A stretch of DNA of 44,652 nucleotides from Clostridiales bacterium (GCA_036834305.1 DAITOC010000001.1:1-44652); one strand, 5' to 3'. Shown: positions 18,172 through 26,704, counted from the stretch's first letter. Numbers and translations: made by a program. Notes: a model not told the origin generated them from the letters alone.

Positions 18172-18834
18172 TCAAATGGCTTCTTCGGCAAGTTTGCGAA
18201 ACGACGCGATCACTTGTTCCGGCGTGGCCGAACTGAAAATCGCCTGGCCGGCTACAAACACGTTGGCGCCGGCCTTGGCGCACGCCGTGATGGTTTCCGG
18301 AGCGATTCCGCCGTCGACTTCGATATCCGGTTCCAATCCCCGGCGTACGCATTCTTCGCGGAGAATCCGGACTTTTTCCACCGTGTGAGGAATCAGCGTC
18401 TGGCCGCCGAAGCCGGGCTCCACCGTCATGACAAGCACCATGGAAAGCCTGTCGAGATAAGGGAAAATCTGTTCGACCGGCGTCGCCGGTTTCACGCTGA
18501 GCGAAGCGGCTTTTCCCAGCGCGCGGATTTGTTCGATCGTTTCGCCGACCGGCGAGTCCGATTCAAAATGGAACGTGATGATGTCCGCGCCGGCCTCGGC
18601 GAACGCCGGAATGTATTTCATCGGGTCGGCTATCATCAAGTGCACATCAAAGGGCAAACTGACGCGTTCCCTCAGGCATTTGATTACGGGGGCGCCGAAG
18701 GTTATGTTAGGCACGAAACGGCCGTCCATGACGTCGAGGTGCAATAAATCGGCGCCCGCCTTTTCCGCCCTCACGGCTTCGTCGCCCAACCGCGAGAAGT
18801 CGCTCGCCAGCACCGAAGGGGATATTTTAATCAT
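18172..18834 (-). CDS. rpe: Ribulose-phosphate 3-epimerase
   Basis: ORF 18172..18927, with the start at ATG 18834 (MIKISPSVLASDF) behind GGAGG. Motifs are HLDVMDGRFVPNITFG, DVHLM, VMTVEPGFGGQ and VDGGI. Confidence 0.9.
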   Translation of the reverse strand: MIKISPSVLASDFSRLGDEAVRAEKAGADLLHLDVMDGRFVPNITFGAPVIKCLRERVSLPFDVHLMIADPMKYIPAFAEAGADIITFHFESDSPVGETIEQIRALGKAASLSVKPATPVEQIFPYLDRLSMVLVMTVEPGFGGQTLIPHTVEKVRILREECVRRGLEPDIEVDGGIAPETITACAKAGANVFVAGQAIFSSATPEQVIASFRKLAEEAI

Positions 18835-19028
18835 GTCAAGCCTCCGATTTCCGCCCGTTTTTACAGAGTATTGGTCTTTTGGCAATACGGTACACACAAC
18901 CGTAAAAAAGCGCTGTTTTGTTAACAAATTGTTTACAAATCAAGCATAATATTTTAACAATTTAAAGCGATAATAAATATGCGGTTCATTTTCCATTTGT
19001 TTATTTTTCTTGTAATATCGTCCTCTGT

Positions 19029-19061
19029 GAAGGAGCCGGATGCGTGCCATCCGGTTCCTTC
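19029..19061 (-). terminator. Strong hairpin downstream of ahcY (terminator or RNA-stabilising stem)
   Basis: 14-bp stem GAAGGAGCCGGATG / CATCCGGTTCCTTC with one mismatch, located 5 nt past the ahcY stop. The U-tract is on the plus-strand side (ATTTTCAG) rather than the minus-strand side, so its function as the ahcY terminator is uncertain. Confidence 0.45.
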
Positions 19062-19065
19062 ATTT

Positions 19066-20313
19066 TCAGACATTGTAACTGTTGAGATATCGCGCCTGCT
19101 CTTCGGTTAGCGCGTCGATCTTCAGCCCCCAGTGTTCCAGTTTTCTGCCGGCCACGAGCAGGTCGATCTTCTCCGGAACGCCGAGTACACGGCCGCCCTT
19201 GAGGCTGTCCCGGTTCTTTACCAAATGCGCGGCGCTCAGGGCTTGAATGGCAAAACTCATATCCATTATTTCCGCGGGGTGCCCGTCACCCGCGGCGAGG
19301 TTGACCAGCCGGCCTTCGGCGATGAGGTTGAGCCAATTGCCGTTTTTCATCCGGTAGCCGTCGATGTTTTGCCTCTGCCGCTTCTTTTCGACCGCGGCCT
19401 TTTCGAGGCCTTCGACGTCGACTTCGACATTGAAGTGGCCGGCGTTGCACAGCAGCGCGCCGTTCTTCATCAAATCAAAATGCTTCGCGGTAATCACGTC
19501 TTTGCAGCCCGTCACCGTGATGAACAAATCGCCGACGGCCGCCGCGCGGTCCATGGTCATCACCTTGAACCCGTCCATGACCGCCTCCATGGCTTTGACC
19601 GGGTCGATCTCCGTCACGATCACATGCGCGCCGAGGCCTTTTGCCCGCAGCGCGACGCCCTTGCCGCACCAGCCGTAGCCGGCGACGACCACATTTTTGC
19701 CCGCGGCGATAAGGTTTGTCGTCCGGTTGATGCCGTCCCAGACCGACTGGCCTGTTCCGTAGCGGTTGTCAAACAGGTATTTGCATTTCGCGTCGTTGAC
19801 CGCGATCATCGGGAATTTCAGTTCGCCCGCCTTCTCCATGGAGCGCAGGCGCAGTATGCCGGTCGTCGTTTCCTCACACCCGCCGATGACGCCCGGGAGA
19901 AGGCCCGCGTATTCGCCGTGGATGAGGTTGACCAGGTCGCCGCCGTCGTCGATGATGATGTTCGGCCCGGCCTCGATGACTCTGTTCAAATGCGCCCGGT
20001 ATTCCTCCGGCGTCGAGCCGTACCGGGCGAAGACGTTGATGCCTTTTTCGGCAAGAGCCGCGGCGATGTCGTCCTGGGTGGAAAGCGGGTTGCTACCCGT
20101 AACAACCATTTCGGCGCCGCCCGCCGCGAGGACCAGGCACAGGTAGGCCGTTTTGGCTTCGAGGTGCACCGACAACGCGACTTTTAAGCCCTTGAAGGGT
20201 TTGGTTCTGGCAAATTCTTCTTCAAGGCCGCGCAGCAGCGGCATATTCTTTTTGACCCAGTCAATTTTAACGGCGCCTTCCGGCGCGAGCGCAATGTCCC
20301 GGATTTCGTGCAT
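19066..20313 (-). CDS. ahcY: Adenosylhomocysteinase (S-adenosyl-L-homocysteine hydrolase)
   Basis: 415 aa. WVKKNMPLL, KPFKGLKVALSVHLEAKTA, IIIDDGGD, EETTTG, the NAD fold VVAGYGWCGKGVA, GHFNVE and NLAAGDGHPAEIMDMSFA. The match runs the full length. Confidence 0.95.
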   Translation of the reverse strand: MHEIRDIALAPEGAVKIDWVKKNMPLLRGLEEEFARTKPFKGLKVALSVHLEAKTAYLCLVLAAGGAEMVVTGSNPLSTQDDIAAALAEKGINVFARYGSTPEEYRAHLNRVIEAGPNIIIDDGGDLVNLIHGEYAGLLPGVIGGCEETTTGILRLRSMEKAGELKFPMIAVNDAKCKYLFDNRYGTGQSVWDGINRTTNLIAAGKNVVVAGYGWCGKGVALRAKGLGAHVIVTEIDPVKAMEAVMDGFKVMTMDRAAAVGDLFITVTGCKDVITAKHFDLMKNGALLCNAGHFNVEVDVEGLEKAAVEKKRQRQNIDGYRMKNGNWLNLIAEGRLVNLAAGDGHPAEIMDMSFAIQALSAAHLVKNRDSLKGGRVLGVPEKIDLLVAGRKLEHWGLKIDALTEEQARYLNSYNV

Positions 20314-20376
20314 GGCCGTGTCTCCTTTTTGCTTGTGCCGGTTTCATCGGGTACAGGTATCCACATTATGCGTTAT

Positions 20377-20405
20377 ACTATAGCACAGCTTTCGCCATTA
20401 TTCAA
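20377..20405 (-). promoter_or_regulatory. Putative sigma-A promoter of ahcY
   Basis: On the minus strand: TTGAAT (complement of 20400-20405), a 17-nt spacer, then TATAGT (complement of 20377-20382). It sits about 60 nt upstream of the ATG. Confidence 0.4.
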
Positions 20406-20437
20406 GAAATGTGACAAAATCCGACGGGTTTTTACGC

Positions 20438-20466
20438 TTGACATTACGGCACGATTTTGCTAAAAT
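20438..20466 (+). promoter_or_regulatory. Putative sigma-A promoter of tRNA-Arg
   Basis: Consensus TTGACA (20438-20443), a 17-nt spacer, then TAAAAT (20461-20466), about 35 nt upstream of the tRNA. Confidence 0.5.
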
Positions 20467-20500
20467 CGGTGAGCCGCGACTATGCGGTACAATCGAATTT

Positions 20501-20577
20501 GTCCCCGTAGCTCAGCAGGATAGAGCGTTCGCCTCCTAAGCGAAAGGCCGTGCGTTCGAATCGCGCCGGGGACGCCA
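20501..20577 (+). tRNA. tRNA-Arg (anticodon CCU), CCA encoded
   Basis: Hand-folded cloverleaf. Acceptor GTCCCCG/CGGGGAC, D stem GCTC/GAGC, anticodon stem TTCGC/GCGAA with loop CTCCTAA, T arm GTGCG-TTCGAAT-CGCGC, discriminator G, then CCA. Confidence 0.9.
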
Positions 20578-20596
20578 CAACTCCCGTCGGGAGCCG

Positions 20597-20634
20597 AAAA
20601 AAGCCGATAAACCAGCCGTTTGTCGGCTTTTTGG
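20597..20634 (+). terminator. Intrinsic terminator after tRNA-Arg
   Basis: AAAAAGCCGA (20598-20607) pairs with TCGGCTTTTT (20623-20632) around a 15-nt loop, and a T-run follows. Confidence 0.6.
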
Positions 20635-20752
20635 TTTCAACAGGTTGCCAAAACCGTTATTCGTTATCAAACCCGGATGGGCCGGAAACAACCCATGGCG
20701 AACGGTATCATCGTGGTATGCCGAAAGGGGATGCAGGGGAGTGGCGGACAGG

Positions 20753-22426
20753 ATGATAAGCAAAGAAATCGTTATTCCGGCCAAAGGGCATTTTCTCCGT
20801 GAAGAATCGGAGGTCCTGCCGGAGTACCGGGCTTACGAGCGCGTTCAGAACAGCTCGCGCAGATACACCGTTGCCAAGCGTGACGCCGGTTCGCATGATA
20901 TCCGCCTGTTTTGGCACCGGTATGAATGCGCCGGCTGCTTTAGGACCTTTTTTCCGCCTTTTCTGACCCTGGAAGGGATTCTGAACGAAACGGATCTTGA
21001 CATATTGGCACAACTCGCGGGCGAGGCCGTTGACTTCGATTTGCCGCTCGAGGAATTTTTCAATTGGGCGCTGCAGATTCCTTGGCCGGGGCTCGATGCT
21101 CATCAAGGGGACTTCGTTTTTTTTGAGCTGCCCGACCGGGACGACTCCTTAATCTGCCCCCGCTGCGGGCACACCGCCCGCACCACGACGCGCGCATTCC
21201 TCTACCGGGTGGAGTCCAATGCGTTTCAGACCGTGATAACGCAGACATTGGCTTTCGGCGACGGGCGCGCCGCGGTTTTGCCGTACGGAAACCCGCTCGG
21301 CGAGCCGGCCTTACTTCCGGTGAAAGCGCAGGTGGCCTTTGACCACGAAAACCGGCAAACGGCTTTTTTGCTTTTCAATAACCGGGGGGAAATCATTGAG
21401 CGGAGCGTTCTGGACGAACAAGGCAATCCGCTCAACGGCACTGCCGTTTTGGCGCACATCAACGCCGGCCCGTTGAATACGGCGTTGGCGGAGGCGTTTG
21501 GCCGGTTTTACCGCGGCCGCCTGCCTTTTGACGCGCGCGAACTGACGCTGAACACCTTTATCGAGCTCAACCGGTTTCAAGGGTACCCGAAGGATTTTTA
21601 CAACGCCATCCCTTTCGCGGACGATACCCGGAAAATAGACGACAGTTTTCAAACAGCGGCCGCTTCTTTGAGGGCGGCGCAATACAAGGACATTGACGCG
21701 GTCTACCGGCAATACGGGTTGCCCGATAAGAAAGCCATCCGCAACGCGGTATTTATGACGCCCTCGCTCCTTTTTTACGCGGAGGAACTCGCGGCGCTGC
21801 CGTTTCGAAACGCGGACATCTTTTTGCAGATACTCAAGTCCGATGACATATTCTATTTTCTTTCCGACCTTCATTCTATGCCGGGAATCCTTGTTTATCT
21901 GACAGCCGCGGTGAACGAAAAAGGCGAGTCAAAAACCTGGGCTTCCATAAAGAAGAACCTAAGCCGCCTCGCGGCAGCGGCTTCGATTTATCTGCTGTCT
22001 TCACAGAAAAACAGGCAATCCATCCTGCAAAAAGCCGTAAAAGATCTGGCCGCGGGTCCTCATCAAGAATCGATGCCATACAATATCCCGGTGATAAAGA
22101 AGATTCCCTGCGTTCCGGTCAGCCGCGTCGACGAATACGATTTCCATGCGTTGCAAAACACCCTCGAGTATCGCGAAACGGCTGTCAAGTTAAAAAACTG
22201 CCTTGCGAATTACCATTACGGCAACGGCCGGGTTTACATTCTAAGACTTCATGGCAATCCGCTGGCGGCCGTGGAGGTTCGCGGCGATGTAATCGTACAA
22301 GCGCTTCTGGCGGAAAACCGGCCGATTCAAAGCGACGAGAGCCTTTATGCCGTCCTTGTCCGATGGGCTGAAACAAACCGGCTGAAGGTAAGTTTACATG
22401 ATGACGCGGACGAATACGACGGGTGA
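20753..22426 (+). CDS. Hypothetical protein with N-terminal CxxC...CxxC zinc-ribbon-like pair and C-terminal PcfJ-like domain
   Basis: ORF 20645..22426. The most plausible start is ATG 20753 (MISKEIVIP). It has YECAGC and LICPRCGH pairs. The C-terminal LEYRETAVKLKNCLANYHYGNGRVYILRLHGNPLAAVEVRGDVIVQALLAENRP...W resembles my recollection of the PcfJ-like family pattern (L.EG..M.HCV..Y...G...I..lR...p..T.E....ivQ.rG..N..P). The start codon is uncertain. Confidence 0.5.
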   Translation: MISKEIVIPAKGHFLREESEVLPEYRAYERVQNSSRRYTVAKRDAGSHDIRLFWHRYECAGCFRTFFPPFLTLEGILNETDLDILAQLAGEAVDFDLPLEEFFNWALQIPWPGLDAHQGDFVFFELPDRDDSLICPRCGHTARTTTRAFLYRVESNAFQTVITQTLAFGDGRAAVLPYGNPLGEPALLPVKAQVAFDHENRQTAFLLFNNRGEIIERSVLDEQGNPLNGTAVLAHINAGPLNTALAEAFGRFYRGRLPFDARELTLNTFIELNRFQGYPKDFYNAIPFADDTRKIDDSFQTAAASLRAAQYKDIDAVYRQYGLPDKKAIRNAVFMTPSLLFYAEELAALPFRNADIFLQILKSDDIFYFLSDLHSMPGILVYLTAAVNEKGESKTWASIKKNLSRLAAAASIYLLSSQKNRQSILQKAVKDLAAGPHQESMPYNIPVIKKIPCVPVSRVDEYDFHALQNTLEYRETAVKLKNCLANYHYGNGRVYILRLHGNPLAAVEVRGDVIVQALLAENRPIQSDESLYAVLVRWAETNRLKVSLHDDADEYDG

Positions 22427-22465
22427 ATTAGAAGAAACATCCTGCCCGCGCCGGTGAATTAACGC

Positions 22466-22494
22466 TTGCTATTAAGCGGACAATATATTATAAT
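22466..22494 (+). promoter_or_regulatory. Putative sigma-A promoter of the SRP RNA
   Basis: TTGCTA (22466-22471), a 17-nt spacer, then consensus TATAAT (22489-22494). Confidence 0.5.
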
Positions 22495-22500
22495 AGCATA

Positions 22501-22668
22501 GATAAACAGAGCGAGGCTTTGTTTCGGTCATGTGGCGTGTGGGTCCTGTGCGACGGGGCGCCGTGAACCATGTCAGGCGGGGAACCGAGCAGCATTAAGC
22601 GGGCAGCGCTGTGCGCCACAGTCCGCCTGCCCGCCATATGACCGAGCCGAAGGGCGCTCTGTGTTTTT
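22501..22668 (+). ncRNA. ffs: Signal recognition particle RNA (scRNA/4.5S homologue)
   Basis: The conserved domain IV core GTCAGGCGGGGAACCGAGCAGC has a GGAA tetraloop closed by CGG/CCG and an AGCA symmetric-loop motif. The long terminal helix pairs ACAGAGCG (22506-22513) with CGCTCTGT (22655-22662) and CGGTCATGTGGCG with CGCCATATGACCG. The RNA ends in TTTTT and lies directly upstream of dnaX, as in Bacillus. The ends are approximate. Confidence 0.75.
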
Positions 22669-22691
22669 ATAACCGTACGGGGTGCTGGGAA

Positions 22692-24392
22692 TTGGAAGAA
22701 AAAAAACCGGAATACAAGGTGCTTTACCGAAAATACAGGCCCAAAACCTTTGACGAGGTGGTGGGCCAAAAGGCTGTTACCGTTACGTTGGCCAACGAGG
22801 TAAAAACCGGAAAAACGACGCACGCCTACCTGTTCACCGGCTCACGCGGCACGGGCAAGACGACCTGCGCCAAAATCCTCGCCAAGGCCGTCAACTGCCT
22901 GGCCCCCGTCGACGGCAACCCGTGCAACCAATGCGAAAACTGCAAGGGCATCGAAAAAGAATCCGAGCCGGATGTCATTGAAATGGACGCGGCCAGCCAC
23001 AACGGCGTCGACGATGTCCGCAATATAATCGACGAAACGAATTACACGCCGGTAAGGGTAAAAAACAGGGTCTATATCATCGACGAAGTGCATATGTTTA
23101 CGCCTTCCGCGTTTAACGCTTTTCTTAAAACCCTCGAGGAGCCTCCGGAGCATGTCGTGTTCATCCTCGCGACGACGGATGTTCACAAACTGCCCCCGAC
23201 CGTCCGTTCGCGCTGCCAGCGCTTCGACTTTATCCGGGTGCGGCCCGAAGACATCGTCGAACGGCTCTTGTTTGTCGCCTCGCGCGAAGGCTTCGCCCTT
23301 GACAACGACGCGGCGATTCTCATCGCGCGGATTTCCGACGGCTCGCTGCGCGACGCGCTTTCCCTTCTCGATGTCTGCTCGGTCAAAGGAAAGACCGTGA
23401 CCGAACAACTGGTCCGCGACGCCGCCGGCCTCGCTGATAAAAGTTATCTTTTTGATATAACCGGCCACATCCGGAACAACGACACGGCCGAAGCCCTCCG
23501 CGCCATCAACGACCTGCACGGAAAATCGTGCGACTTGGGCCAGTTTCTGTCGGAACTTGCCAACCACTTTCGCGATTTGATGGTCGCGAAAACGGTCAAG
23601 TCGCCAAAGACCCTGCTGGTCCTTACGCCCGGCGACACCGACCGCCTGGCCCGGCAAGCCCGGCTCTTTGATCTTGAAGACTTGATGTACTGCCTCTCCG
23701 AACTCGAAAAGGCGTTTTTAACCGCGAGAGGCGTTGAAAACCCGCGAATCGTCGCGGAAATGACGGTCGTACGGCTGTGTTCCCCCTCGATGAACGAATC
23801 CAACGAGTCGCTTCTTAAACGGATTGCCGCCCTCGAGGCCGCCGCCGCGGGCAAGGCGGCAACGATAGTCGCGCCGCCTTCCGCCGAGCCCGAGCCGGCG
23901 GACGAGCCGAACCCGCCGATTGAACACGAACCGGTTCCTCTGACTGAGCCCGATCAGGTAACTCTTACAGAGCCTGAGCCGGCGCCTTTGATAGAACCCG
24001 GGCCGTTGCCCGAGCCCGAAGCAGATATACCGGCAGCCCGGGAGGAGCCGGAGCGTTTCGAGCCGAAAGCCCCCGCGATGGACGGCAGGCTCGAAGCCTG
24101 GCCGGAGGTGCTCGAGGATTTGAAAAATACAAACAGGGCCTTGGCCAACGCCCTGGCCGGTTGTCCGGCAAGGGAAAAAGGGGCTCAGTTGCATATCGGT
24201 TGCGCCGGCACGCCGGCCGCCCTGTTCTTGAGCAACCCTCTCTTTCTGGACCATCTGTCCGCCTCGATTCTGCGTGTGACAGGCAAAAAACTGACTCCCG
24301 TGGCAACCGAATACGCGGATAACGCCGGCGAAGAAGCCGACGATTTTCGTCTTGAAGATTTCATGAACAAACTATCGGATTTAGATGAATAA
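22692..24392 (+). CDS. dnaX: DNA polymerase III subunit tau/gamma
   Basis: YRKYRPKTFDEVVGQ, Walker A GSRGTGKTT, zinc module CNQCENC, DEVHM, SRCQRF, and a Pro/Glu-rich linker in the C-terminal half. The ATG at 22611 in the ORF track lies inside the SRP RNA. I prefer TTG 22692 (alternative GTG 22719), so the start is uncertain. Confidence 0.85.
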   Translation: MEEKKPEYKVLYRKYRPKTFDEVVGQKAVTVTLANEVKTGKTTHAYLFTGSRGTGKTTCAKILAKAVNCLAPVDGNPCNQCENCKGIEKESEPDVIEMDAASHNGVDDVRNIIDETNYTPVRVKNRVYIIDEVHMFTPSAFNAFLKTLEEPPEHVVFILATTDVHKLPPTVRSRCQRFDFIRVRPEDIVERLLFVASREGFALDNDAAILIARISDGSLRDALSLLDVCSVKGKTVTEQLVRDAAGLADKSYLFDITGHIRNNDTAEALRAINDLHGKSCDLGQFLSELANHFRDLMVAKTVKSPKTLLVLTPGDTDRLARQARLFDLEDLMYCLSELEKAFLTARGVENPRIVAEMTVVRLCSPSMNESNESLLKRIAALEAAAAGKAATIVAPPSAEPEPADEPNPPIEHEPVPLTEPDQVTLTEPEPAPLIEPGPLPEPEADIPAAREEPERFEPKAPAMDGRLEAWPEVLEDLKNTNRALANALAGCPAREKGAQLHIGCAGTPAALFLSNPLFLDHLSASILRVTGKKLTPVATEYADNAGEEADDFRLEDFMNKLSDLDE

Positions 24393-24421
24393 CTTACAGT
24401 TCTTATGAAAGGTGTGGCTCT

Positions 24422-24751
24422 ATGAAAGCAAGAATTCCCGGTGCCGCGGGCGGCAACATGATGCAAAAACTCCAAAAAATGCAGGAGGATATCGCCAAAG
24501 TCCAGGAGGAAATCGAGCAATCCGAGTTTACCTCCTCCGCCGGCGGCGGCGCGGTCGAAGTCACCGTCAACGGAAAACACGAGGCGGTTTCCGTCAAACT
24601 CAAACCGGAAGTCGTTGACCCGGAAGACATTGAAATGCTCGAGGACCTGATCATCGCCGCTTTCAACGAGAGCGTCCGAAAAGCCGCCGAAGCGATGGAA
24701 AAGGGAATGGAAGCCGCCAAGGGCAACCTTTCCGTCCCCGGCCTGTTTTAG
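24422..24751 (+). CDS. ybaB: Nucleoid-associated protein YbaB/EbfC
   Basis: 109 aa. GGNMMQKLQKMQEDIAKVQEEI...GGGAVEVTVNGKHE...VDPED.EMLEDLI.AA.N is the family signature. The dnaX-ybaB-recR order is conserved. Confidence 0.9.
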   Translation: MKARIPGAAGGNMMQKLQKMQEDIAKVQEEIEQSEFTSSAGGGAVEVTVNGKHEAVSVKLKPEVVDPEDIEMLEDLIIAAFNESVRKAAEAMEKGMEAAKGNLSVPGLF

Positions 24752-24753
24752 CC

Positions 24754-25353
24754 ATGGCACATGAATCCGCGCCGTTGGCGAAACTCATCGAGCAGTTTGA
24801 GCGGATGCCGGGCATCGGGCATAAAAGCGCGCAGCGGCTCGCCTTTTATATCCTGAACCTTAAAAAAGAGGAAGCGCTGGCGTTTGCCGATAACATCGTC
24901 AACGCCTGTGAGAAAATCCGACGCTGCCGCGTCTGCTGCGATTTAACGGACACGGAAACCTGCAAGGTTTGCGCCGCTCCTTCACGGGACGGCAGCCTCC
25001 TCTGTGTCGTCGAGGACTCCAGGGATGTTTCCGCTTTTGAAAGAACGCGCGAATACAAAGGCCTCTATCATGTTCTTCACGGCGTCATATCCCCCATGAA
25101 TAACATCGGCCCCGAGGACCTGACGGTCAAGGAACTCATCGCGCGCCTGGGCGGCGGTGAAATTCGCGAGGTCATTATGGCCACGAACCCCACCGTCGAG
25201 GGCGAGGCTACCGCCATGTATTTATCGCGGCTTTTAAAACCGCTCGGCGTCAGCGTCACCCGCCTGGCCTACGGCATTCCGGTGGGCGCCGACTTGGAAT
25301 ACGCCGATGAAGTCACCCTTTCGCGTGCTCTCGAAGGCCGGACGGAAATCTGA
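24754..25353 (+). CDS. recR: Recombination protein RecR
   Basis: LPGIGHKSAQRLAFYIL helix-hairpin-helix, C4 zinc finger CxxCxxLT...CxVC, and a Toprim region VVEDSRDV...GLYHVLHG...ATNPTVEGEATA. Confidence 0.95.
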   Translation: MAHESAPLAKLIEQFERMPGIGHKSAQRLAFYILNLKKEEALAFADNIVNACEKIRRCRVCCDLTDTETCKVCAAPSRDGSLLCVVEDSRDVSAFERTREYKGLYHVLHGVISPMNNIGPEDLTVKELIARLGGGEIREVIMATNPTVEGEATAMYLSRLLKPLGVSVTRLAYGIPVGADLEYADEVTLSRALEGRTEI

Positions 25354-25376
25354 CCGGGTTTTCCTCATAGTTTTTC

Positions 25377-25570
25377 TTTTCCACAGCCGCTTTTGAACAG
25401 TTTTCACCTCGTCCGTTTTTCGTGTGTGGACAGAAAGCAAATTCTTCTTTTAATTTCCACATCGTCCGGCGGCACAAAACGGCGAAATACGCCGGGTTCA
25501 GAGGTTTTCCTTGTTTTGAACATCCCCTACTACTACTACTATAAATATTAACACTTATTTTATATTAACG
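25377..25570 (+). promoter_or_regulatory. oriC-like / DNA-unwinding-element-like region upstream of dnaN
   Basis: DnaA-box-like 9-mers: TTTTCCACA (25377-25385, 1 mismatch to TTATCCACA), TGTGGACAG (25425-25433, reverse orientation, 2 mismatches) and ATTTCCACA (25453-25461, 2 mismatches). These are followed by CCCC, (CTA)5 at 25527-25541 and an AT-rich tract at 25542-25568. See the finding. Confidence 0.4.
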
Positions 25571-25584
25571 GAGGATGAAAGGGT

Positions 25585-26691
25585 ATGAAATTTGTCTGTG
25601 ACACCGCCGTGTTGTCAACTGCCTGTCAAAATGTGCAAAGGGCGGTTTCGGCCAAAACAACCATTCCCGCGGTCGAGGGAATCCTGATAAAGGCCGCTGA
25701 CGGCAAACTGATGCTGACAGGTTACGATTTGGAGTTCGGCATCAACACCGCCATTGAGGCAAGAATCGAGGAGGCGGGTGGTATTGTTCTTAACGCGAAA
25801 TTGCTTTGCGACATCCTTCGAAAACTGCCCGGCGACACCGTACGGATTGAATGCGACGAGAGGCTTTTGGCCAGAATAACAAGCGGAGATGCCGACTATT
25901 CCCTTGTTGGCATATCAAAGGACGATTATCCCGAACTTCCTTCCGTTATGGGGGGGCAGCCGATTGAAATCAATATGGGAATTTTAAAAGAGATGGTCCG
26001 ACAGACCATTTTCTCCGTCGCGACAAACGAATCGAAGGCCGTTCATACCGGTATCAAATTCGAAATTGAGGGCAAAGAGTTGAAACTCATTGCCGTCGAT
26101 GGCTTCCGCCTGGCCATCCGCCGCGAAATCATAGAATACGACGGCGAGGATGTCTCCTTTATCGTGCCGGCAAAAGCCCTTTCGGAGGCCGTCAAACTCA
26201 TCAGCGACGAAGAAGCGGCGATGAAAATAGGCCTGGGCAAAAAACATATGGTGTTTGAAGTGGACGACTATGTTGTGGTGACAAGGCTGCTGGAAGGGGA
26301 TTTCCTGAATTACAAAGCGGCCATTCCGTCTTCAAGCGCCACCACGGTGAGAATCAACACAAAGGATTTCATCAGCAGCATTGAAAGAGCGTCGCTCATT
26401 ATTACGGACAAACTCAAAAGCCCGGTGCGCTGCAAGTTTGACAACAACACCGTGAGCGTTTCAAGCACCACGGTGGTCGGCACCGCCTCGGACAGGGTCG
26501 CCGCCGCCATCGCCGGCGATTCCGTCGAAATCGGCTTCAACAACCGGTACCTTATCGAAGCCCTCAACGCCAGCGACACCGACGAGGTCATCGTCAAACT
26601 CAACGGCGCGGTTTCCCCGATATTGATTCTCCCCGTCGAAGGCGAGAGTTTTTTGTTCCTGGTGCTTCCGGTCAGGCTGAAGGCCGAGTAG
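25585..26691 (+). CDS. dnaN: DNA polymerase III beta sliding clamp
   Basis: 368 aa with three repeated clamp domains. [43 protein letters not shown] and a C-terminal PVRL. The ATG follows GGAGGATGAAAGGGT. Confidence 0.95.
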   Translation: MKFVCDTAVLSTACQNVQRAVSAKTTIPAVEGILIKAADGKLMLTGYDLEFGINTAIEARIEEAGGIVLNAKLLCDILRKLPGDTVRIECDERLLARITSGDADYSLVGISKDDYPELPSVMGGQPIEINMGILKEMVRQTIFSVATNESKAVHTGIKFEIEGKELKLIAVDGFRLAIRREIIEYDGEDVSFIVPAKALSEAVKLISDEEAAMKIGLGKKHMVFEVDDYVVVTRLLEGDFLNYKAAIPSSSATTVRINTKDFISSIERASLIITDKLKSPVRCKFDNNTVSVSSTTVVGTASDRVAAAIAGDSVEIGFNNRYLIEALNASDTDEVIVKLNGAVSPILILPVEGESFLFLVLPVRLKAE

Positions 26692-26704
26692 GAACAACGT
26701 TTGG

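Noticed and set aside
18165-18174. The convergent mecA-like and rpe genes end 4 nt apart with no terminator hairpin between them.
   Set aside because: This was noted as a curiosity. Termination signals may lie inside the opposing coding regions, and nothing further can be inferred from sequence alone.
20357-20365. Isolated near-consensus DnaA boxes: GTATCCACA (20357-20365), TTATCCACC (29662-29670) and TTATCCACG (42762-42770).
   Set aside because: These are single one-mismatch 9-mers, two of them inside coding sequence. That is the expected chance frequency in 44 kb on both strands. Only the clustered set upstream of dnaN was retained.
20314-20376. A possible SAH riboswitch in the ahcY leader.
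   Set aside because: With the predicted promoter the leader is only about 60 nt. I could not find the conserved SAH-riboswitch core or pseudoknot segments. That riboswitch is also mainly proteobacterial and actinobacterial.
22611-22691. ATG 22611 as the dnaX start, as given by the ORF track.
   Set aside because: The codons fall within the SRP RNA helix and its terminator. The encoded MRHSPPARHMTEPKGALCFYNRTGCWE has no DnaX similarity.
22695-22707. An A8 run (GAAGAAAAAAAACC) at the start of dnaX, considered as a possible programmed frameshift or slippery site like the E. coli dnaX gamma site.
   Set aside because: It lies at codons 2-5, not in the C-terminal third where a gamma-producing shift would occur. 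No downstream hairpin is present, and Firmicute dnaX genes are not known to frameshift.
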